A stretch of 64,000 nt of DNA from Leucoraja erinacea (lineage: Eukaryota), in NCBI RefSeq assembly GCF_028641065.1, contig NC_073392.1, positions 19,592,001 through 19,656,000 on the forward strand. Reading direction: 5' to 3'. Shown piece after piece: positions 1 through 25,712 of the stretch. Every line of letters begins with the position of its first letter. Positions within the stretch are counted from its first letter, which is position 1. The position numbers and the translations under genes were made by a program. The notes under the pieces were generated by a model, which was given only the letters and a program-made list of their open reading frames with translations, did no database searches and had not been told where the DNA came from.

Positions 1-806
1 GGTTATCCATTTTGGTGGCAAAAACAGGAAAGCAGACTATTATCTAAATGGTGGCCGACTAGGAAAAGGGGAGATGCAGCGAGACCTGGGTGTCATGGTA
101 CACCAGTCATTGAAAGTAGGCATGCAGGTGCAGCAGGCAGTGAAGAAAGCGAATGATATGTTAGCTTTCATAGCAAAAGGATTTGAGTATAGGAGCAGGG
201 AGGTTCTACTGCAGTTGTACAGGGTCTTGGTGAGACCACACCTGGAGTATTGCGTACAGTTTTGGTCTCCAAATCTGAGGAAGGACATTATTGCCATAGA
301 GGGAGTGCAGAGAAGGTTCACCAGACTGATTCCTGGGATGTCAGGACTGTCTTATGAAGAAAGACTGGATAGACTTGGTTTATACTCTCTAGAATTTAGG
401 AGATTGAGAGGGGATCTTATAGAAACTTACAAAATTCTTAAGGGGTGGACAGGCTAGATGCAGGAAGATTGTTCCCCGTGTTGGGGGAATTCCAGAACGG
501 GGGGTCCCGGTTTAGGGATACGGGGGAAATTTTTTAGGACCGAGATGAGAAGAACTTTTTTTCACACAGAGAGTGGTGAGTCTCTGGAACTCTCTGCCGC
601 AGATGGTAGTCGAGGCCAGTTCATTGGCTATATTTAAGAGGGAGTTAGATGTGGCCCTTGTTGCGAAGGGGATCAGAGGGTATGGAGAGAAGGCAGGTAC
701 GGGATTCTGAGTTGGATGATCAGCCATGATCATATTGAATGGCGGTGCAGGCTCGAAGGGCCAAATGGCCTACTCCTGCACCTAATTTCTATGTTTCTAC
801 GTTTCT
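1..806 (+). mobile_element. CR1-clade LINE (HER1-like), 3' fragment
   Basis: RDLGVMVHQSLK...[15 protein letters not shown]...[13 protein letters not shown]; 3' UTR ending in a (TTTCTATG)n-type tail. Confidence 0.9.
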
Positions 807-941
807 AGTCTTTTCAATCTTTCCTCATATGACAGTCCCGCCATCCCAGGGATCAATCTCGTGAACCTACGCTGCACTGCCTCAATCACAAGGATGTCCT
901 TCCTCAAATTAGGAGACCAAACTGTACACAATACTCCAGAT
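807..941 (-). mobile_element. Inverted CR1 ORF2 fragment abutting the previous tail
   Basis: Reverse complement encodes an [17 protein letters not shown]...LSYEERL-like segment. Confidence 0.75.
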
Positions 942-1160
942 ATTTGAGGACATTTTTTCTTTTTTTTTTACATTTGTATAAAAGGGCAGAGTATTTGTAG
1001 GCTGATTAGCATGATTCTGTTTGTGAAGCATGACAAAATATAATCTAAACTTTCCAAATGCATGTGGTTGCCTTGGGTCTCTGTACAGTAACATACACAT
1101 CTGTATAGTTTTTACTTGGTCAAGTTAAATTTATCATGTCACTTATTTTTTTCTAAACAG

Positions 1161-2009
1161 AAATTGACTTTTGATGACGATGCATCCTTTGGAAGTGACT
1201 GGTCTGATGTTGAGGACCCCATTCAATTAGCTACTTTTTCACAAGATTCCAGTCCAACAGATAACCTGGAAAGCTTCAAACCTGGCACTCCATTGAACGA
1301 CAAATATAATACACAGTCATCTTTTATGTATTCTACCCCTTCCGGTTCATGTGCAAAAAATTGGACTTCTCAGCAGTCTTCACAAGCTAGCAGTTTTATT
1401 GGTGATTGCTGTTATCATAACCTTGATGACGGAACAGAATCTTTCCCAAGTTACTCAAAAACAATTTCACAAGGTTCACAGTCTGCTATTTGCAGTAACT
1501 TGTCTTTTGAATCATTAGGCTACTCGTTTGATCATAGCAATAACATGGATGATAGTAAGAGTTGCGTCAACTCATCACAAGATGATTCAGAAGTTTGGGA
1601 CAATGATTCAGAGAATTGGTATCAAGAAAATTGGGGACTGAATTACCAAAGGGGTTTTGTGGACACTCATTGCCATCTGGACTTTTTATTCTCTAAATTA
1701 TCCTTTAAGGGAACTTTCACAAATTTCATGAAACTTTATGACAGCACATTCCCAGCTGAGTTTCATGGCTGTATCACTGATTTCTGTGACCCTCGTTGCC
1801 TGGTTCGTGGAAATTTATGGGAACATTTACTGGAAGAACCACTTGTTTGGGGTGCTTTTGGCTGCCATCCGCATTTTGCCCGCTACTACACAAATTCACA
1901 GGAAAGTGCAATTCTTCAAGCATTGAGACACCCAAAAGCTGTTGCATTTGGAGAGATGGGTTTGGACTACTCTTATAAGTGTTCAACAAACATTCCTGAC
2001 CAAAAACGG
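1161..2009 (+). CDS. TATDN2: TATDN2 large exon (Ser-rich region and TatD N-half)
   Basis: aaacag|AAATTG ... CGG|gtaagt; [30 protein letters not shown]. Confidence 0.93.
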
Positions 2010-5000
2010 GTAAGTAAAGAGCAGGAGGGACATTTTTTTGTAATCGACAAACAAATTTATTTGGTTACTTAAAAATTGTTGTGGTGACATAATAGCACTT
2101 GGTTAATGGTTTGCAAAAATGTGTCATTTAAAAGTCAATAAATATTATATGTGATTATTTGGTGCTGTTATGGCACCCTTTTCATCTGCCAGAGTAGCCA
2201 AATGAAAACACTTCTGACAATGGTGCATGTGGGTTAGGTGGATGTCTTGGATTGGAGAAGTTGGGATGGTGGAGTGGTGAGAAGGGAGGGACAAATGGTT
2301 ATGGGAGCTAAAGATTTATTAATAATTGGATTCTTGTTTTTGCCAGGTCTTTGAGAGACAGCTAAAGCTTGCGGTGGCATTAAAGAAACCACTTGTTATC
2401 CACTGCAGGGATGCTGATGAAGATCTTTTTGAGATAATGAAAATGAATGTGCCAAAGGACTACAAAATTCATAGGTGAAAGGTCATTCTGTTTATGCTTT
2501 GGCATTCCTTTTTTTTCTTGTGTAAAACTGTGATTCAGATGTGTTCACAAGATGATGGAGGTCTGAAGCAGGCAAAGCAGATCACTTCCAAAAGACGTGG
2601 TCTGCATTTACGGAACTATTACAAGCATAAGGTGCAATAGTAAGTTAAAATATAAAGGGTACCAGGATCTGGTAACGGGGGGTATAAAATAATTTTTTAA
2701 TAAAAACACGGTTGGTATATCCTTTTTTGCGGAGTTTTGTGTTATAATAGAGCGATTGTTTTTCTTTTTTTCTTTCTTCTTTTTTTCTTTTCTTTCTAGG
2801 GTCTTATTTCCTTTCTTTACTTCCTTCTCTAATTCATTCCCTAAGGGGCTTTCTTCTCCCAACACTTTCCTGCACCTTCACGATTCTTGCTTACTTTCCT
2901 TACTTCTTTTATTTCAATCTTTTTTAAAGCTCAAAAAATGAAGTGGTACAACATAATGTAATAAGATATATGTGATGTGTATTAATGTAAGTTACTGTAC
3001 TGTCAATAAAAATAAAATAAAAAAAAGATGATGGAGGTCCGCAAAATGATCTTCAGTCTTTTTATGCATGTAAGGAGCTTGCGGGTGGTTGATGTTTGGA
3101 CTTTGCTTACAAAGAAGATTGCCTGAAAGGAAGCTTCCAGAACAAAAACATTTTGGAGATTTGTACACATGCAAGACTTGTTCCACATAGATTCAGCCTT
3201 TTGTCCAGCCCAAGCATCCATAAACCTAGAAATGAACAGGCAATACTGAACCTCAGGACATTTAGTCCTTGCTGCAGAGAACCCTACAACTACGTGGTTC
3301 ATTTTCTTCCCCCTACTTGAATGATTCACAGACCTATAATGCTGCAGACAGTTTACATATCCTTTCTGCAATTACTCAACCCATCCAAACAGAGAGAAAG
3401 AACATATGCAAGTATTGGTGTTACACCAATTGTTTTTGTCATTGTGCGTAGTAGAGGGGTGGATTTGGGAAAAAATACAAAAAGCCGTAGTGAATTCTTC
3501 TACTCCATCTTCAGATAATTTATCTTGAAGGCACATATGCTGATGTGGGGGGCAAAAAATGGTCAATGTGTTGGTAGCTGCGCCATCCAAGATGGTGATG
3601 AGTTCTTGGGAATTATTGGAGCTCAGTCTTTTAAACCATTCTTGACTTGATATTTGGACCAAGACCAGACAAAAGCAAGGCGAGATTGAGGGAAAGTAAA
3701 ACACTTCATCCTCACTGAGAAGCCAACAACCAGCCAGTCAGTTTGGTTTATTGTCACGTGTACCGAGGTACAGTGAAAACCCGTTTGTTGTGTGCTACCC
3801 AGACCAAGAGGGATAAAAATACTCTAGGAAATTTCTTTCGGGCTTGTCCAGGCAAATGAAAGTAACTCAGTGAAGGACATGACCCACATGTAACTGAACA
3901 ATCTACCTGCCATTTCTCAAATGTGATCTCCACAAGCTTTACAACCAACAACGGGTCTAACTCCCTCTTTGTACAATGCTGTAGTAAATCTATTGTAAAC
4001 CAAGGATGTTAGTACATCAAGGGATATGTACAGATATTGCTGTAAATCAAATTTTGACATGTAACATGGTGAGTTGACAAAGAGTAATATTGTTTCCCCT
4101 CCAGCACTTGAATAATTGTTTGCACGTTTATGTTGATATATCTTACAAGGTACCTAGCGTGAGCTTTATGTTTTTGTGATTTTCAGAAAAACTTAGTCCT
4201 GCCAGAACCAGACAAATGATATTTGCTTTTATTTTTATATATTTTTTCCATTCTGCAGGCATTGCTTCACTGGCTCTTATGAGGTGATTGAGCCATTTCT
4301 GCAGGAATTTTCTAATTTATCAGTTGGATTCACAGCCCTGATCACCTACCCATCTGCTGGTGTGACCAAGGAGGCAGTCAGAAAAATCCCAATGGAACGG
4401 ATTGTCGTAGAGACTGATGCACCATACTTCTTACCCAGAGGGGTCAGTTGTTTATATAATTTCTTATGTAGTAATGGGTCAGAAGATTTGACTATTAATT
4501 TCTTATGTAGTAATGGGTCAGAAGATTTGACTATTATTTATTTATATGTGTGTGTGGTCAATTTTATTTCTATAGCACATTTAAAAACGTGCTAACGTGC
4601 TACAAACAGTGGTACATAGATCAACAATACATACATAGATGCATACATACAGAGCTCCCTCAGAAGACCTCAAGAAAGGCTTGAGAGTAGAAATAAGTTT
4701 TAAGTCTAGACTTAAAAGAGTTGATGGAGGGGGCAGTTCTGATGGGAAGAGGGATGCTGTTCCATAGTATAGGAGCTGCAACCGCAAAAGCGCGGTCGCC
4801 CCTGAGCTTATGCATAGACCGCGGGATGGTCAGTAACCCCAAGTTGGCCGATCTGAGGGACCTGGAGGTGGTATGGTGGGTAAGCAGATTTTTGATGTAG
4901 ATGGGGGCAAGCTTTATATACATAAAGAAGGAGCTTGAAATTGATTCGGAACCGCACAGGGAGCCAGTGGAGAGTGGCCAGAATCGGGGTGATGTGGTCC

Positions 5001-8000
5001 CTTTTTCGGGTGCCCGTCAGGAGTCTCGCTGCGGCGGGTATTGGCCCAATATAAATCATGCAATCTTGATATCTGCAAATATAGGAATCTTTAAAAAAAA
5101 GTTTTAATACTGATAAACATACAGCACAGAAACAAGCCTTTCGGTTCAACTCGTCAATGCAGATTATTTAAGCTAATCCTATTTTTTCGCATTTGACCCA
5201 AATCCTCTATTCCTTTCCTATCTAAGGGCCTTTTTAAATGCTGTAATTGTATTTCTCTGTCATTTCCTCTGCTTGCTCGTTTCATTTAACCACCATCAAT
5301 TACGTCTACACTCTGAGAAGTCAAATGGACGGTTTATTCTTCAGATCCCATTAACTTTCTTCTCTTTCACCTTAATCCTCCAACCTTTAGTTTTTAGTCT
5401 TCCCCAACCAAGAAAAGAGACTTACATTCCATCGTAGCTATTCTCCTCGTAATATATAAACCTCTCCTAGGTCACTCCTCAACCTCCTAAATTGCAGTAA
5501 AACTCAGTCCATCCAATCTCCTTACAGGTAAAACCCTTCATTCCAGGCAACATCCTGGTGAATCGCTTCTGCACTCTTTCTAATGCTACCACATCCTTCC
5601 TGTAATATGGTGACCAAAACGGTACATTAATATTCCAAATGCGGCCTGACCCAATTCTTATATTTCACTTCCTTAGAATTTCTTACACTTCACTTCCTGT
5701 GAAGGCAAGCATGTTGAATGCTGCCTTCATCACCCTATCCACATATGCCGCCATTTTCGGGGAGCTTTCAAGTTGCTCTCAAAGCCCCTTTGCACATCAA
5801 CATTCGAGAGGTCCATGCCATTTATTGTACATGTCCATTTAGTATTTGATGTCTTAAAATGTATCTCCTTACTTTTCTGGATTAAATTCCCTTCCACCAC
5901 ACTGCTCAATTTTTCAAATGATCTCCATCCCTCTGTATCCTTCCACAATCTTTTTTGTTATCTACTACTCAATCATTTTTTGTGTTACTCAATCATTTTT
6001 TGTGTTATCAGCAGACTTGCTAATCAATCAATCACATTCCTATCCAAGTCATTTATATTTATGACAAATAATAAATAGTCCCTGTGTTACACTATTGTTT
6101 TCAGACATCCAGTCAGAAAAATGCCCTCAAGCACTAACCTTTGCCCCCTATCACCAAGTCAAATTTGGGTCCAGTTTAAGATACGTTGGATCCCATGTGC
6201 CCAATCCTTCTGCACCAGTCTACCGTGCGGATCTTTGTCAAAAACCTTGCTAAAGTCCATGCAAACTATGTCTCGTGTACTGCTTTCATTTTTCTTAGTT
6301 GCCTCCTTAAATAACCCAATCGAATTTTTTACAAAGAAAGAATGTTCTCTTATAATACTTACAAAGTAAAGTTGGATCAAAACAACATCAGCTGATATCT
6401 GTAATTTAATCTGAGTTAATTTTGTAATGTAGCAGCCTTTCCAGCCAAAGTGATATTTACTAGGCACCAGAAAAGTAAAACCAATTCATGATTTTCTTCC
6501 TAACCCACAGCATAAATTGTTCCCAAACAAGTGTCGTTCAGCATTGACTATATCTACCTCCAGTTAGCATGACCAATATTTCCTTGCCGCGCTTTCACCC
6601 ATCTCATGTTATACTGCATGAGGTAAGTGAAAATACAAAGGTACCTAAGTATGAAAACACATAGCTCCAGATTCAGGGAGTTTCTTCCCAGCTGTTATCA
6701 CCAACTAGAGAGCAGTCCTGACCTACCATCTATCTCATTGGAGACGCTTGGGCAATTTTTAATCATTTTCCTGGATTTTATCTTGCACTAAACGTTATTC
6801 TCTTTATCCTGTATCTGTACACTGTAGACAGCTTGATTGTAATCATACATGGTCTTTCCGCTGACTAGATAGCCGCAACAAAAATGCTTTTTGCTGTACC
6901 TTGGACACATTATTTTAAACTGCAGTGGCAGTTCCATTTTGCCTCACCTTGATCATTTATGAATAAATTCCCAGCATTATGACGCCAGCAAAGCTGGCAA
7001 TATAAAACTGCCCATAAGGAATATGGATAAAATTATTTAGACTCCAGTTTAATCCTGCGGAGAACAGGCAGGACCCGTGATGGACTGGGCTGTGTTCACC
7101 ACTTTTTGCAATCTTCTTCGTTCCTGGACTTTGAGTTGCCAAACCAGGCCATGATGCAACCAATCAATATGCTCTCTACTGTACACCTTGAGAAGTTCAA
7201 GAGAGTAGTCATCGATATACTGAATCTCCTCAATCTTCTAAGGAAGTAGAAACGTTGATGGGCTTTTTTTATGATTGTATCAATGTGCTAGGTCCAGGAC
7301 AGATCTTCAGAGATATGCACATCCTGGAATTTAAAGTTTTTGATTCTCTACACCTGTACTTTTCTATGTTTACAAAATTGACTACCTGTACTTATATTCT
7401 GCGCCATTTGAGGTGCTATAGTGATGAGTCCACATTGTATTCCATTGGATCAATCAAGGGCTTTGTTTATTTTATTTTCATTTCAGCTCTCCTATAAAGC
7501 AAGCAGACTGAGCACTAAATCTAGGACAGCCTGGATTTATGGCTTGGTTTTGTAAAAGTTAATGCTATTGCAAATGTGATCTACAGTCAGTTTACTATCA
7601 TGGTGCCACTGTACAATGTGACTGTAATTAACAGACACCAAACAGTACCCTGCATTACAGAACTTTAGATATTAAATTACTCCCCTTACTCTCGCTATCG
7701 TAAGGTACAGGATACTGAGTTGGATGATCAGCCATGATCATATTGAATGGCGGTGCAGGCTCGAAGGGCTGAATGGCCTACTCCTTCACCTATTTTCTAT
7801 GTTTCTATCTATAGTAAAAGTATTTAAGGAAGTGGAAGCACTGTAGACCAGAGCCAGGAATTTATGCAAAATGTTGGAAAATTTGTTTTGAATGCAGCGA
7901 GAAGTAAAATTACTTGGTGCCTACCTGTACTCTTCCAAATTTTTTATAATGTGATGTTGTTGTCTAGTTTATTTTTGCAGGATATTTTAACCTGAACATT

Positions 8001-8164
8001 ATGTGCGTTTCCCTTACTTTCAGGTCCCCAAAGGGCTTTGTTCCCATTCCCATCCAGGACTTGGCTTATACACTGTAAAGGAAATTGCGAGGTTGAAAGT
8101 AATGACATTGTCCACAGTTCTTTATAAACTGAGAAGAAATACCCACAATCTATATGGAATATAA
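1161..8164 (+). CDS. TATDN2: TatD DNase domain-containing protein 2, 3' part (4 exons; 5' exons lie outside the window)
   Basis: Exons 1161-2009, 2347-2474, 4259-4442, 8024-8164 have GT-AG sites and consistent phase. TatD motifs DTHCH, GCHPH, GEMGLD, IHCR, HCF and ETDAP follow a Ser-rich region; the protein ends [10 protein letters not shown]. Confidence 0.95.
2347..2474 (+). CDS. TATDN2: TATDN2 exon
   Basis: [27 protein letters not shown]...DYKIHR; ccag| and |gtga. Confidence 0.93.
2564..3024 (+). mobile_element. 5'-truncated L1-like LINE with poly(A) tail and 15-bp TSD
   Basis: AAGATGATGGAGGTC at 2549-2563 and 3025-3039; ORF2-like C-terminus ...[16 protein letters not shown]; T-rich 3' UTR; AATAAA and A-tail. 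Confidence 0.8.
4259..4442 (+). CDS. TATDN2: TATDN2 exon
   Basis: [14 protein letters not shown]...[14 protein letters not shown]; gcag| and |gtcagt. Confidence 0.93.
4457..4534 (+). repeat. Perfect 39-bp tandem duplication
   Basis: TAATTTCTTATGTAGTAATGGGTCAGAAGATTTGACTAT x2. Confidence 0.9.
4561..5036 (-). mobile_element. L2-clade LINE 3' fragment
   Basis: [27 protein letters not shown]...[17 protein letters not shown]; same family as 42685-44213. Confidence 0.88.
5120..6300 (-). mobile_element. Degenerate CR1 LINE fragments
   Basis: [19 protein letters not shown] (RT motif) and CR1-like 3' region. Confidence 0.65.
7703..7810 (+). mobile_element. CR1/HER1 3' UTR tail
   Basis: GATCAGCCATGATCATATTGAATGGCGG...TTTCTATGTTTCTAT matches 697-800. 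Confidence 0.8.
8024..8164 (+). CDS. TATDN2: TATDN2 last coding exon
   Basis: [25 protein letters not shown]...NTHNLYGI*; tttcag| acceptor. Confidence 0.92.
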   Translation, partial: VPKGLCSHSHPGLGLYTVKEIARLKVMTLSTVLYKLRRNTHNLYGI

Positions 8165-8475
8165 ACAACTGACAAAATCGAATAGAATATGTAACCCCAC
8201 TTACTTTGAAATATACAGGTCCAAAAGCTTATATATATTCCAACGTTACATGAAAATGTCAAAAAGATTATTGATACAAATATCAGTCCAGTGCATTATT
8301 TTTTAAGCAACAGCTTTAAGTTTACATTATTTTATGTTTTAATTGTGTACTCCTTATTTCTTATTAACTTTTACTCAAGCTACAATTTTAACTTGAGACA
8401 ATTTGAAAAATGATACGACTCTTTAAACACTGACTAGTTTTTTTTTCAGTTTTGTCTTGAATTATTGATTTTCTC

Positions 8476-8500
8476 AATAAATAAAATAAAATAAATAAAT
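8476..8500 (+). terminator. Candidate polyadenylation signal cluster of TATDN2
   Basis: Overlapping AATAAA hexamers about 310 nt after the stop. Could alternatively be a retroelement A-tail. Confidence 0.45.
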
Positions 8501-8929
8501 ACAAAGTCTTTTCAAGTGTCAGCCTGGTTTCATGTCTCGTTGGTGCTGGTGCCGGTGCAGCGCGGTCAAATGAGTGGTCCGCTGCCCGGAGCCTTGGTCC
8601 CGCTCCACCCGGCCCCGTATGTGGGCGCTGCCGACTCACAGTCCGTGACAGGGTGGCCGCACAGGGTGGGCGGAGGGCGGCCGTGGTTGGACAGCGCCGG
8701 GGAGAGTGGGGGCTGTCCCGAGGGATGCATTCCTTCGGCTACTTGGTGCTCAGGTTCAGAGCAAAGATACTAGAGTATTTGGTTCAGAGCGCTCATTTTT
8801 ACAGCGCAAAAATTGATCATTTTGGCGTTTTTTAACAGGTAAGAAAGTACGTGTTTCGTGTGTTAACAGTGTATGCAGGAGGTTGCAATGTCCTCCAGAT
8901 AGTTTAAGCTGCTCCGTGCGTCACGCCCT

Positions 8930-9178
8930 TTGACCCGATGACCTTACGTACAACCTCCCTCCCCCCATAACAACAGAACACTCTGGACTCGCCGCATGAG
9001 CTTTCTTTGACCTTACTAAAATGGAGGCTGGGCATCGCATCACCTGACAAACGCTGCTGATTGACCTTACGAATAGGGCGCATGCGGAAACGTTAATGTG
9101 ACCTCACCAAGATGGCAGCGGAATTCTGTGCACGGGCCACGGCATAAACTGTCGGGAACTAAAGCAGCTCCTGTCGAT
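8930..9178 (+). promoter_or_regulatory. CCDC174 promoter / 5' UTR region
   Basis: CpG-enriched; NRF1-like GCGCATGCG at 9078-9086, YY1-like AAGATGGC at 9109-9116, repeated TGACCTTAC. Confidence 0.6.
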
Positions 9179-22930
<13,752 letters not shown>

Positions 22931-23699
22931 ACAGGAGGAATGACCCACAGACACTGGTGACAGGTCTGATTAAAGCATTTTCCCCACAGTTCAGCTATGC
23001 TGACATCTCTCTGCTATCCAATTGTCTGAACACTGACAATTGTTAATATAGAATTATTCACACAAATGTATAATACTGAGGAAAAGATAAGTACAGCTGA
23101 AAGTGTTAAGAGCTGGGTTTTCTTTTTTGAATTACCTCTTTCTGGAGGTGTGGCCATTTTTGCTTTTAATGACACAAGTATTGAAATAGCTTGGATAAGG
23201 ACCTCCAGCTGGTGGTAAGCAGTGTATGCATCTTCCCACACCACTATCATGGTTAATGGGCAAGTATCGGTGTCCTGTCACTGAACTCCACAATTAGTTG
23301 CAATGATAATGCCAAAACATTAAATAAACCTAGCTGTCTATCATTGGCCTTTTTAAAAATCAGACAAACTATGACAGCAAGACTGCTTCAGCCACTAATA
23401 TTTGGACGTAATTAATAAAAGGGGAAGTTGGTGGCACATTAATCAACTGTACTATAATTGTTGAAAAACTGCCATGAGGTTTTGACAGTGAATGATATAG
23501 CATTAAAGTTTCACTGAAAATACAGTTGAAGTGTGATAAATGAAATGGCTGCCTGTTGTATTATAATTTTCAGGCCATTCACTCAATTATGTACAAGCAA
23601 TAAGTTTAATTTTATACCTGGCACGGTGCTGTGATTCAGGTTCTCAATTGTACATTCTTAGCCATAGGTCTTCAGTGCTGAATGAACTTTCAAGATAAA

Positions 23700-23926
23700 C
23701 AGGGCGGCACAGTTATGGCGTTGGAGACCTAGGTTCGATTCCAACTATGGGTGCTGTCTGAATGGAGTTTGTACATTCTCCTGTTTTCTCAGCAATCTTC
23801 AGTTTCCTCCCACTTTCCAAAGACATACAGGTTTGTACGTTAATTGGCTTGGTATCCATAGTGCATGTAGGTTAATGTGGACTTGGTGGGCCGAAGGGCC
23901 TGTTTCAGCACTATTTCTAAACTAAA
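23700..23926 (+). mobile_element. tRNA-derived SINE (HE1/V-SINE-like)
   Basis: B-box GGTTCGATTCC, GGAGTTTGTACATTCTCC core, GGGCCGAAGGGCCTGTTTC...CTAAACTAAA tail. Confidence 0.8.
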
Positions 23927-25541
23927 TAGTTACTGGCATACCAAGTCCAAGTTCTACCATAGTATAATTTTCTTCTATTGAAGTCAGTGAGTTAGCAATT
24001 GAAGCATTCCCGATGCCACCTCTGTTCCTAGCTCCACAGCCCACATGCTGGACTAATGCTGAATTATTGATTTTTTGTTACTGAAGTTCCCCTGCCAAAC
24101 TACCTTCAGAGAGCTGGTCAGTCCTTCCAGTAGCAATTAATCTCTGATGGAATAGAAGCCTCTGGTGCAAATGTGTAGTTTTCCAAAGAATAGGAATGGT
24201 TCTTTAAATGTTTTATTGGACTCAAACTAGTAGCCATTGTTGCTTGAAAGCCAGCTATATTTTAAAACCATTGGCCATGAAGAGGATTAAAAACAAGTAT
24301 TACACTTTTAGGGAGCAAGTCTACAACCCGATACACTTGATGACATTCATATCTCCCAGTCTTGGTGTGGAAGCCAAGGTCCTACAGGAGGATGCACCTG
24401 AAAGCCATCAAATGACAGATGGTACATATTATGTTGAGAACCCAAATCAGATTTGCCAAACCGTAGGCTGGAGCCAGTGCAGCAGATACATTCACTTTAA
24501 GAGGAGACACCTCTACAACTCTAAGGCACATAACACATTGGCAACAAGCAGCACAAAACCCTGTGCTTCAACCTTTATTTCTATACCACTCTCCAAGTTA
24601 TTTAAGAACTTTCACTAGAACATATTGTCAGTTGCCTTTGACTTTTACAAAAGAAAACAGATGCAAATGAATTATGCCATTGCTTCATATGGTGGTCTTC
24701 ATGTTTTATAAAAGCTTGCAAACTGTTCTAATCATTGCAATTTCTAAGCTTACAAGCCAAGAATACTATGGAACTGAACAGCCGTCCATCAAACCCAGTG
24801 CTTGTCCAGCAGTCAACAGTCCCACTGGGCATAATGGAAATCAAATAAGGTATGCAATCTGCTGTCACTTCTGTGCATGTGGCACTGTATGCCAGCAGAA
24901 CATTTGGTAACTGATGGATGATCCGAGTCGTGCTGGAGCCATCGAAGGTTCACCTAAAGCAATTAGTCTCACTTCTTGTAACTCAAATCAAATACTTAAG
25001 AGGGAACCTTGGTGGCTGCTTCACCTCAGAATCCTAGGTTGAACAGTGCATTGTAGTGAGTGGACATGATTCAATCCACCACTGATTTGTTTTTAAATTT
25101 GTATATAGATTAAATGTAGAACAGGTTTTTGTATCCTCTATTGAAGAGCAAGGAAGCACAATACTTTACTTCATTTCATTGCAGATTGATGAGGGGAAAG
25201 AGGTGGTCCATTTCACAGTGCCATCATTCCAATGTTTTTGTTCCTAATGAACCATTCACAACCAAACAAAAAACCTTTGAATCCACTTTTCCCTCCCAGA
25301 TGTAACGTGTACCATATGCAGTTTGTTACCTATTCTGCAGAGAAAGGACCCTCAAAATGAATTTGGCTGTTGGTCAACTGAAGACAAGTACAATGTAAGG
25401 TTAACATCTCATAGATCAGAGATGCAGTGGCAGAAATCAAGACAACATAAAGCACCGCCCCAAGCTACAACCCGAAATGACAAATCTAAGCTGCTGACTT
25501 AATTTTATTTGCTCAAAGATGACCACACTTTGACAAGGAAG

Positions 25542-25632
25542 ACAAAAATGCTGAAGCAACATCTATGGAGTGAAGGAATATGTGACTTTGGGTCGAGACC
25601 CTTCTTTTCCAGCATCTGCAGTTCTTTCTTAA
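25542..25632. mobile_element. Short Penelope-derived insertion with 17-bp TSD
   Basis: ACACTTTGACAAGGAAG at 25525-25541 and 25633-25649; contains GGGTCGAGACCCTTC (reverse of the hammerhead stem II). Confidence 0.75.
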
Positions 25633-25712
25633 ACACTTTGACAAGGAAGTCATCTGGTCCAAGAAAAGGCATGGAAGAGTATGGGAACATTTGGCTTGCC
25701 CATTAAATTATA

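Noticed and set aside
23700-23760. tRNA gene suggested by the B-box GGTTCGATTCC
   Set aside because: Head of a SINE; no complete cloverleaf, and followed by SINE core and tail.
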